Positions 6,137 to 13,950 of a stretch of DNA of 42,435 bases are shown here, piece after piece. The stretch is from Minisyncoccales bacterium. Lineage in GTDB: Bacteria > Patescibacteriota > Minisyncoccia > Minisyncoccales > RBG-13-42-11. Every line of letters begins with the position of its first letter. Position 1 is the first letter of the stretch. Below the pieces are notes generated by a model. It was not told where the DNA came from. It did no database searches and was given only the letters and a program-made list of their open reading frames with translations. The position numbers were made by a program, and so were the translations under genes. The stretch lies in contig JBNAUV010000002.1 of assembly GCA_049700655.1 (NCBI GenBank), forward strand, positions 1 through 42,435, in the 5' to 3' direction.

Positions 6137-8146
6137 AATCGCCGCTGAAGCAGTGGTAATTTCTGGAATCACGCTGTAGGTATTCAAAAGCGTGCCATCG
6201 GCTTTGACAACGCGCAAGCAATAGGTGGTACTTGCCGGAGCGTTGTTATCTTTGAGCGAGAAATCCCATTTGCCGTCCTGTCCCGAAGGAATGGCCGCGA
6301 CAGAGTTTGTAAAATTATTTAATTCCTCGTAGGTTTGGTTCACAATCGTATCCGCGCCGTGGGTGGGGTCATTGGTGTTGGCGGTCAAGGTCGCGCCATC
6401 AGCCGGAGTTGGATTATCATTATAAGCAATTACTGTTGAAGTTGCAACGTCATTATAAGTTTCACCGGAAAAAGCAGTATCGCATAAATTATCTGTTCCG
6501 CGTTGGGCAAATTGAAGTTTGAAACTTTGACCATTTAAAGCTAATTGATTGGCGCCGATATGCAAAAGCATTCTTAATCTGAAAGCCGCGCCGGAAGAAC
6601 CAAGAGTCGCCGCCGTATCCTGCGCCGCCAAAGGAGTTCCGACATCCGTAGAATCAAGATTATTAAACAAGCGGTAAGCGGATTGGGTAAAAGTAGGTGT
6701 GGGAATAAACCGCCAGTACGCGAAAGAAAACGGCTGGGCGATCGCCGCCGGCAGATTCGCTTGAAGCGCGGCGCCGCCGTCGGCATTTGTCCAAGTAAAT
6801 GTTGGAGTAGCATTCATAATCAAACGCTTGGCAAAAAGGTCGTTGTTCACATCCGAAAGAGTAAAAATGAGCCGGTCTTTGTTGAAAGGATCTGTCTGGA
6901 TGTCATACCATTTTTGAGGATTGCCAAAAGCCGGCGTGGGAGTAAAGTCGGTTTGAATGGTAAAGGTGCCGCCATTGCCTACAATCCAGCCGACATTTGT
7001 TGCCGCAGAGTCATTGTAAGTGCAGACGCTTCTTTTGGTCGCGCCGGAAGTCAGCCAGCCGCAGGCAACAAGTTTTGTGCCGGCAAGAGGTGTCGCGGCG
7101 GTAGGATCTAGGTTTGCAGTATTGGTCCAGGCAGAGCCTGACCAGTAACCAATCTGAAGGTCAGAGCCGGCATTCCCAATTGAGGCAAAAACCATTTCAT
7201 CGGTATTGGGATTGGCGGCTAAATCCATATTGGTTGCGTCATCAGCCCAAGTTGGCGGGGTTTGGACAGCGCTCCAGGTGCAAGTTGAGGTGCCGCCGGT
7301 GCAGGTGGCGTATCTTACGCCGTTTGTGCCGTTTGCGCCAACGGAATTTGCCCAAATAACCATTACATCGCCAGATACAGATTCATATTCAACTTCAAAG
7401 TCATCGGGTTGCGTCGTAGCTAGCTCAAGCGAGGTTTCCAGAGCAGCGGATGGCTCATTGCCCCAGGCAGTGCCTGACCAGACCATTGCTGAAAGGTCGG
7501 CGTTGGCATCAGCCCAAATAGCGGTAATAAGATTAGAAGTAGAGCGTCGGTCCCAAGCCATTTCTACCCATTGCACCACGCCCGAAGTCCGAATCGGGTC
7601 AAGATTGGTTGCCGCTGACCAGTTAGCAGTGCCGCAGCCAGTTGATCCGGCTTTGGTGCGATACGCAAGCTCGTTGGTGGTTGCAGCATTAGTTGAATAA
7701 AGCACCATCACATCTCCGCTATTGGTTTCGTAAGCAATATCAAAACGCCTGGTGGTGCCGGTGCCGCCCACAGTCACGCTCCACTCATTCGTCCACGAGG
7801 TGCCGTCATAGCACATCACTTGCAAAACACCGCTGGAATTGACATATCCAGCAATGGCTTCCTGTTTGGTGGGCGAGGTGCGCACCACAAAATTGAGGCC
7901 TGTTGCGCCGCTAACTGTTCCGGTTTCCGCACCGAAAGAGTTAGTCCCGCCGTTATACGTCCTCCACTGCGGAGTGGTGTTGCCGGAGATGCCATAAAGG
8001 ATGAGTCCGTCACCGTTTGCAACATCGAGCGCCTGCGCTTTTTGAATCTCCGGCGGAATCGCCGGATTTTGCCAAATCCTCGGAAAACCGCTGAATATCC
8101 AAGCCATTATTAAAATAAAAATAAGAAAAAACTTTGAAAAAGACAT
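5723..8146 (-). CDS. Large secreted surface protein: Trp-repeat (beta-propeller-like) region plus C-terminal shared module
   Basis: Likely start is MSFSKFFLIFILIMAWIF (signal/TM), since the tracked start at 8200 lies in a repeat arm. Recurrent G-[ST]-x-W-[TG]-N segments (GTSWTNEW, GTAWGNEP, GSAWTNTA). Thr/Ala/Gly/Asn-rich. The last 137 aa are paralogous to 4560..5084. Confidence 0.75.
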   Translation of the reverse strand: MSFSKFFLIFILIMAWIFSGFPRIWQNPAIPPEIQKAQALDVANGDGLILYGISGNTTPQWRTYNGGTNSFGAETGTVSGATGLNFVVRTSPTKQEAIAGYVNSSGVLQVMCYDGTSWTNEWSVTVGGTGTTRRFDIAYETNSGDVMVLYSTNAATTNELAYRTKAGSTGCGTANWSAATNLDPIRTSGVVQWVEMAWDRRSTSNLITAIWADANADLSAMVWSGTAWGNEPSAALETSLELATTQPDDFEVEYESVSGDVMVIWANSVGANGTNGVRYATCTGGTSTCTWSAVQTPPTWADDATNMDLAANPNTDEMVFASIGNAGSDLQIGYWSGSAWTNTANLDPTAATPLAGTKLVACGWLTSGATKRSVCTYNDSAATNVGWIVGNGGTFTIQTDFTPTPAFGNPQKWYDIQTDPFNKDRLIFTLSDVNNDLFAKRLIMNATPTFTWTNADGGAALQANLPAAIAQPFSFAYWRFIPTPTFTQSAYRLFNNLDSTDVGTPLAAQDTAATLGSSGAAFRLRMLLHIGANQLALNGQSFKLQFAQRGTDNLCDTAFSGETYNDVATSTVIAYNDNPTPADGATLTANTNDPTHGADTIVNQTYEELNNFTNSVAAIPSGQDGKWDFSLKDNNAPASTTYCLRVVKADGTLLNTYSVIPEITTASAAIVSVSVSDGTVSYGIMPANTSKSTLPGELNDMQTATNDGNVTENFNIKGQNASGGGCTWTLASTNGSDQYVHQFCNDTDYDCSSPPTNYTALTTSYQSLDTGIPVNGTVQIQLRLTTPNPSSCFGQQSVDVTIQAVQP

Positions 8147-8150
8147 TAAG

Positions 8151-8622
8151 GGGAATTTTGAATTTTTAATTCTGAATTTTGAATCAAATGCGAATTTCAT
8201 AATTTTGAAACATTATTTACATGACGATAGAATTTTGCCAAAAATAAGCGTTAATTCCTGCGCTTCCTGCCAAAGTTTTCGCAATTCATTCTTTTTCTCA
8301 GGTAGACAACGCGACATCATACGCAGCCAGTGTTTTGTTTCCTGAGCCTCTTTTTTATAAATAAAAATTTTATTCTTAAAATCCTTCTTGGAACTTGCGG
8401 CGTTCGCTTCCATATAATTGCGCCGATACTTGTGCCAGAACGAACAAGCTGACTGATAGTCGGTTTGGTAATCGCATCCTGCTTTATGGCTTTGCAAAAA
8501 TCAATAATATCTTCTCCAAATTTCGCCGTCCGTTCTTCAAAATCGTATTTAATTTTTCTTGTTTCAGTCATTTAAAAATAAATTATTCATTCGAAATTCA
8601 AAATTCAAAATTTAAAATTGAA
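8151..8622. repeat. A/T-rich inverted-repeat scaffold enclosing a second (frameshifted) 4HB ORF
   Basis: Left arm is gaattttgaatttttaattctgaattttgaatc. Right arm is cgaaattcaaaattcaaaatttaaaattgaac. They contain the complementary 12-mers tgaattttgaat/attcaaaattca. The unit style matches 5271..5722, but arm polarity relative to the ORF is reversed. Confidence 0.55.
8213..8571 (-). pseudogene. Four-helix-bundle protein gene with a 1-nt frameshift
   Basis: Frame A gives MTETRKIKYDFEERTAKFGEDIIDFCKAIKQDAITKPTISQLVRSGTSIGA. The family pattern then continues in frame B (NYMEANAASSKKDFKNKIFIYKKEAQETKHWLRMM...). The junction at about 8415 (ggcgcaattatatgg) looks like the loss of one A. Confidence 0.7.
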
Positions 8623-8770
8623 CTTAGGCCAGCCGGAAAAAATCCAGCCTGTCGCCATCAAAAAAATAAAACAAAACACCAAAAGGGGGCGAATAAAGCT
8701 TTTTTTTAATTATTTTCACCATTTTATTCTATTTTATATATATTTTATTATATTTTACCAAATCTTCCCC

Positions 8771-8795
8771 CTGTCAACAATTACTGTCAACAATT
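8771..8795. repeat. Tandem direct repeat ctgtcaacaatt x2 (13-nt period)
   Basis: Read directly from the sequence. On the minus strand each copy contains TTGACA, and TATAAT/TAAAAT lie 14-19 nt downstream. It may be a promoter or operator for the surface operon, but the spacing is non-ideal. Confidence 0.5.
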
Positions 8796-8828
8796 CCCAC
8801 CCCTATTTAACCCCCCCATACCGAGCTA

Positions 8829-8863
8829 TCCCAAGGTTCGACCTCGGGGCGGCAACCTTGGGA
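8829..8863. repeat. REP-like hairpin, degenerate inverted copy, 3' of the RAYT gene
   Basis: tcccaaggttcgacctcgggg differs at 2 positions from the reverse complement of the 21-mer at 9411 and 9639. The outer 10-bp stem is tcccaaggtt/aaccttggga. Confidence 0.6.
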
Positions 8864-8894
8864 CAGTAACCTTGATATGGTATGGTTCTATTAT

Positions 8895-9623
8895 CTATTC
8901 TAATTCTAAGTAAAATGAATTGTTAATAAATTCAGCTTTGTATTTTATCCAATTTTCTATACTCTTTTTAAACAGCTTAATACCACCTATTGATTTTATC
9001 AAAAAGTCTCTTTCCGACACTGAAGGAAAATTCTTTTTTCCAATATAATCTAGATAACTTGACCACCTGTATGTCTCCAGAAACTTCATTGTTTTTTTGG
9101 GATTTTTAATTCCTTTTTCTTTCCATTTTGGCTCTATTAAAGAAATAGGGTTAGTATGGATATATACAGAAACATTTTTCAATTGATTATTATCTTTAAT
9201 ATGAACGGTCCGAAAGCCCTGAAAGAGATGGCCCTTTCTATTATATTTTTTATTAAAATAAACTGCATAACCAGTTCCAACTTTTCTCATAAATTCAGTA
9301 ATGCCCCCATCTTTAATCTGTTTAACTAATAAGTGAATATGATTGGGCATTAAACAAAAACTTAATATCTGAACAAACTTTTCCCTTTTATCAACTTCCT
9401 GCGGCAGTTTTCCCGAGGTCGAACCTCGGGATTTCTTTTTTAAATTGGCACGGGCTTTTCGACGGTCTTTGATAGAAACTGATTTTGCATTATTAAATTC
9501 GTAAAGTGAAAAAATACCCCGATAATAATCGTCGATATTCTTAAAAATCAAAGAATCTCCCACACCCCGAATCACAAGATGATAAAATTCATTATTAATT
9601 AATTCTATCTGTTTTCTTGCCAT
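8895..9623 (-). CDS. REP-associated tyrosine transposase-like protein (IS200-like Y1/HUH transposase family)
   Basis: N-terminal FYHLVIRG, HUH motif LMPNHIHLL, GHLFQGFR, catalytic-Tyr motif YIHTNP, and YRWSSY. The start is set at MARKQIE. The tracked extension to 9704 runs through the hairpin and the 16S terminator. Confidence 0.75.
   Translation of the reverse strand: MARKQIELINNEFYHLVIRGVGDSLIFKNIDDYYRGIFSLYEFNNAKSVSIKDRRKARANLKKKSRGSTSGKLPQEVDKREKFVQILSFCLMPNHIHLLVKQIKDGGITEFMRKVGTGYAVYFNKKYNRKGHLFQGFRTVHIKDNNQLKNVSVYIHTNPISLIEPKWKEKGIKNPKKTMKFLETYRWSSYLDYIGKKNFPSVSERDFLIKSIGGIKLFKKSIENWIKYKAEFINNSFYLELE
9411..9431. repeat. REP-like palindromic 21-mer inside the RAYT coding sequence
   Basis: tcccgaggtcgaacctcggga (8-bp stem, 5-nt loop) is identical to 9639-9659. 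It is in frame and encodes SRGSTSG. Confidence 0.9.
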
Positions 9624-9638
9624 AATTGTACCAAGTCG

Positions 9639-9659
9639 TCCCGAGGTCGAACCTCGGGA
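9639..9659. repeat. REP-like palindromic 21-mer upstream of the RAYT start
   Basis: tcccgaggtcgaacctcggga is identical to 9411-9431 and lies 228 nt (76 codons) from it. Confidence 0.9.
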
Positions 9660-9684
9660 TAATTCTATTTTAACAAAATAAAAC

Positions 9685-9714
9685 AAAATAATAAACCCAG
9701 CCAAAATGGCTGGG
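9685..9714 (-). terminator. Intrinsic terminator downstream of 16S rRNA
   Basis: Minus strand: CCCAGCC-atttt-GGCTGGG followed by tttattatttt. Confidence 0.65.
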
Positions 9715-9727
9715 GTTGTTGAAAATT

Positions 9728-9752
9728 ATTAATTACTTTAAGTTGTCCCGAC
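9728..9752 (-). promoter_or_regulatory. 3' arm of the pre-16S processing stem
   Basis: Perfect 25-nt complement of 11547..11571. The two arms bracket the 16S gene, as RNase III processing stems do. Confidence 0.75.
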
Positions 9753-9853
9753 CAGTCGCGACTTGAAGGCTCCACGACCAACACCTTGAAATCAAAAAGA
9801 GAATTCTCGCTTTTCGATTTCAGTCGACACTATTTTCTAATTTTTAAAATTAG

Positions 9854-11510
<1,657 letters not shown>

Positions 11511-11546
11511 ATCCTTCGATCACCTGACGGTGTCTCAGGATAAATA

Positions 11547-11571
11547 GTCGGGACAACTTAAAGTAATTAAT
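11547..11571 (-). promoter_or_regulatory. 5' arm of the pre-16S processing stem
   Basis: gtcgggacaacttaaagtaattaat on plus is the perfect reverse complement of 9728..9752. Confidence 0.75.
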
Positions 11572-11619
11572 CCATTTTTAAATTTTTAAAGTACTCTATT
11601 TTCAAATTAATAAACTAAC

Positions 11620-11644
11620 GAAAAATCAGGAAGAATCTCCTGAT
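11620..11644 (-). terminator. Hairpin plus T-run upstream of the 16S leader
   Basis: Minus strand: ATCAGGA-gattct-TCCTGAT followed by ttttt. Confidence 0.5.
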
Positions 11645-11765
11645 TTCTTAATCGCTTCTTTCATTAAAATTAATTCTTTATTGACAACCGCAACAGCAGG
11701 CTGATTTTTTCTTTTTCTTCTTTTTTTGAGCCATATTTGATTTTTAAAATTTTTCCTTTCTTATT

Positions 11766-11793
11766 ATTTTAATCAACTAAAAACTTTTGTCAA
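11766..11793 (-). promoter_or_regulatory. Candidate sigma70-type promoter (TTGACA-16-TAAAAT)
   Basis: Minus strand reads ttgaca aaagtttttagttgat taaaat, just downstream of tRNA-Thr and upstream of the micro-ORF and 16S leader. Confidence 0.45.
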
Positions 11794-11804
11794 GACCATC
11801 CTAA

Positions 11805-11876
11805 AGCCAGGAGAGGGATTCGAACCCACGACCTACTGTTTACAAAACAGTTGCTCTACCACTGAGCTATCCTGGC
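11805..11876 (-). tRNA. tRNA-Thr (anticodon UGU)
   Basis: Reverse complement: GCCAGGA-TA-GCTC-AGTGGTA-GAGC-A-ACTGT-TTTGTAA-ACAGT-AGGTC-GTGGG-TTCGAAT-CCCTC-TCCTGGC-T. There is one U-U mismatch in the T stem. Confidence 0.85.
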
Positions 11877-11890
11877 CGAAATTTAAAATT

Positions 11891-12283
11891 TTATTTTTTC
11901 TTAAACTTTTTAATCTCCTGCCAATAATCATCTTGTTTTTTATTGTTGTTTTCTAAGACCTGATCATTGGTTGGTGTAGATAGATTTTCTTCGGTTTTCT
12001 TTTTCTTTATTCTCTCCCTTAAACGCTGCAGGCAATTTGCTATTTTATGATCTATTTTTAAGGTTAAAATTCTAATTTTAGACAGAATCTTTTGCAAAAT
12101 TTTTTCCAAAGAAAAATTTTTCCAAAATGGCCAGGTTTTAATTTTTAACCAACGCTCGCGCCAATTTAAAAAACTAGTGGTCGCAACTGGCAATTGAACA
12201 AGGATGGGTAATTGACGATAAACAATAAATACTAGACCAAGAAAACTGCTAATAAAAATAATTAAAGCGACAAGTTGAAGCAT
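11891..12283 (-). CDS. Hypothetical membrane protein (N-terminal TM, Lys-rich tail)
   Basis: ORF with TM helix LVALIIFISSFLGLVFIVY. It abuts the tsf stop. No family is recognisable. Confidence 0.5.
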   Translation of the reverse strand: MLQLVALIIFISSFLGLVFIVYRQLPILVQLPVATTSFLNWRERWLKIKTWPFWKNFSLEKILQKILSKIRILTLKIDHKIANCLQRLRERIKKKKTEENLSTPTNDQVLENNNKKQDDYWQEIKKFKKK

Positions 12284-12285
12284 AG

Positions 12286-12729
12286 TTATATTTCGTATCT
12301 GGTAAATCTTTTAACTGTAATATTTTCTCCCAACTTGGCAATATATTCTTTAATTAAATCATTAATGGTTTTACTCTGGTCTTTAATCCAAGGTTGTTCT
12401 AATAAAGCCATTTCTTCGCCCATTGCCGCAATTTGTAAACACAATTCATGGGCTAAGTTTTGAAAATCTTTTGAACGACTGACAAAATCTGTTTCGCAAT
12501 TTAATTCCAAAAGAACGCCAATTTTATTATTAGGATGAATATAACTGGCAATAACTCCTTGGCTGGTTTGACGATTAATTTTTTTTGCCGCCACTTCTTT
12601 CCCTTTTTTTCTTAAAATCTCTTTTGCCATTTCTAAATCCCCTCTTGATTCAATTAAGGCCTTACGACAATCGGAAATAGAAATCCCTGTCTCTTCCCGA
12701 AGTTGCTTGATTTGATTGATAGATATCAT
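12286..12729 (-). CDS. tsf: Elongation factor Ts (short form)
   Basis: The N-terminal UBA-like IKQLREETGISISDCRKALIESRGDLEMAKEILRKKG and LELNCETDFVSRSKDFQ are EF-Ts hallmarks. It lies downstream of rpsB, the conserved synteny. Confidence 0.85.
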   Translation of the reverse strand: MISINQIKQLREETGISISDCRKALIESRGDLEMAKEILRKKGKEVAAKKINRQTSQGVIASYIHPNNKIGVLLELNCETDFVSRSKDFQNLAHELCLQIAAMGEEMALLEQPWIKDQSKTINDLIKEYIAKLGENITVKRFTRYEI

Positions 12730-12831
12730 AAAAATTTTAAATTCTAAATTTTTAATTTTTAAATAATGTCTAATTTTTGATGTTTAAAAAATTTGAGTAT
12801 TAAAATTTATTTTAAAATTTGAAATTAAAAA

Positions 12832-13575
12832 TTATTTCACAGACTTGGGTTTTGCTTTTATTATCACCTCTTTAACCTTATCAAGAATATATTTCACCGA
12901 TGATATAGCATCATCATTTGTTGGGATGGGAAAATCAACTAACTCTGGGTTGGCATTGGTATCAACTATAGCAATAACTTTAATTCCTTTTTTTCTAGCT
13001 TCGGTTACGGCCGCCGCGTCTTTTTTTATATCAACCACAAAAACCGCATCGGGCAGGGTTGTTAAATTTTTAATTCCAGCGAATTTAATTTCCAGATTTT
13101 TTAATTCTTTGTCAAAAAGCGCTTTTTCTTTTTTGGTATACTTATCTAATTCACCTTTATTTCTTTTTTCCTCAAGGTTGTTAAAATAATCAATTCGCTT
13201 TTTAATTACTGGAAAATTTGTCAAAGTGCCCCCCACCCAACGCTCGGTCACATAAGGCAAACCGCACTCACTGGCTAATGATTTAATTAATTCGCGCGCC
13301 GGAATTTTAGTGCCCACCAAAAGCAAAATTTTGTTTTCACTAACCAACTGTTTGATAAAAATCAGGGCCTCTTTTAATTTTTCAATTGTTTTTGTTAAAT
13401 CAATCAGATGAATATTGTTTTTTATTCCACTTATATATGGTTTCATTTTGGGATGGAAATAAGAAGTCTGATGGCCCAAACAAAGACCGGCTTGGGTCAT
13501 TTCATTAATATCCAAACCAAAATCCTCTTCAGTATTTTGTTTTCTTGATTTTGTTTTAGTTTCTGTCTCTAACAT
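12832..13575 (-). CDS. rpsB: 30S ribosomal protein S2
   Basis: Motifs GLCLGHQTSYFHPKMKPYI, LLVGTK, WVGGTLTNF and VVDIKKDAAAVTEARKKGIKVIAIVDTN. The start is set at MLETE (13575). The tracked N-terminal 30 aa overlap the rpmE start and look spurious. Confidence 0.85.
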   Translation of the reverse strand: MLETETKTKSRKQNTEEDFGLDINEMTQAGLCLGHQTSYFHPKMKPYISGIKNNIHLIDLTKTIEKLKEALIFIKQLVSENKILLLVGTKIPARELIKSLASECGLPYVTERWVGGTLTNFPVIKKRIDYFNNLEEKRNKGELDKYTKKEKALFDKELKNLEIKFAGIKNLTTLPDAVFVVDIKKDAAAVTEARKKGIKVIAIVDTNANPELVDFPIPTNDDAISSVKYILDKVKEVIIKAKPKSVK

Positions 13576-13582
13576 ATAATTA

Positions 13583-13588
13583 ATTATA
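13583..13588 (-). promoter_or_regulatory. TATAAT box 7 nt upstream of the rpsB ATG
   Basis: Minus strand reads tataat-taattat-ATG. No good -35 element is seen. Confidence 0.35.
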
Positions 13589-13622
13589 TATCTATCATAA
13601 ACAAAAATAAAAGACAATACCC

Positions 13623-13651
13623 TTGCTTTATATGGAATGATGCTATATAAT
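13623..13651 (+). promoter_or_regulatory. Candidate promoter TTGCTT-17-TATAAT, 7 nt upstream of the rpmE ATG
   Basis: ttgctt tatatggaatgatgcta tataat aaaagat ATG. This geometry predicts a leaderless or near-leaderless transcript. Confidence 0.5.
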
Positions 13652-13658
13652 AAAAGAT

Positions 13659-13898
13659 ATGGCAAAAAAAGATATTCATCCTAAATATTATCCAAAAGCC
13701 AAAGCGCGTTGCGCTTGCGGTCAAACTTTTGAAGTTGGTTCAACCAAAGAATTTATTGAAGTAGAAATCTGCTCGAGTTGTCATCCTTTTTACACAGGCA
13801 AACAAAAAATTATTGATACTATGGGACGCGTTGAAAAATTTAGAAAAAAACTTACGAAAAAAGAAGAATTACAAAAAATGAAGTTAAAAAAATCTTAA
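13659..13898 (+). CDS. rpmE: 50S ribosomal protein L31
   Basis: [50 protein letters not shown], with a CxxC...CxxC zinc ribbon. Confidence 0.9.
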   Translation: MAKKDIHPKYYPKAKARCACGQTFEVGSTKEFIEVEICSSCHPFYTGKQKIIDTMGRVEKFRKKLTKKEELQKMKLKKS

Positions 13899-13950
13899 AA
13901 TTTTCTCTTTTCTTGTAATAATTTAGCCAATATTTCTTCTGAATGGTCTT

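Larger units (their letters stand above)
8829..9659 (-). mobile_element. IS200/IS605-like or RAYT unit: Y1 transposase gene bracketed by hairpins
   Basis: The HUH/Y1 transposase-like ORF has a palindromic 21-mer 15 nt upstream of its ATG and an inverted degenerate copy 32 nt past its stop. Confidence 0.45.

Noticed and set aside
6574-8113. Seven long extra ORFs within the large surface-protein gene, up to 164 aa. Five are on the plus strand (e.g. 6683..7111, 7206..7700, 7820..8113). Two are on the minus strand in other frames (6574..6813 and 7816..8025).
   Set aside because: They are Arg/Ser/Ala/Pro-rich, low-complexity translations, typical of off-frame or antisense readings of a GC-rich gene. 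None has a recognisable motif. The annotated minus-strand frame has a signal peptide and a paralogous module.
12730-12831. Whether the A/T-only spacer between rpsB and tsf is another member of the 4HB-type hairpin family.
   Set aside because: Some self-complementarity exists (aatttttaattt), but there is no clear arm boundary and no shared longer motif with the 3769 and 5271 elements. It cannot be distinguished from generic AT-rich spacer DNA by eye.
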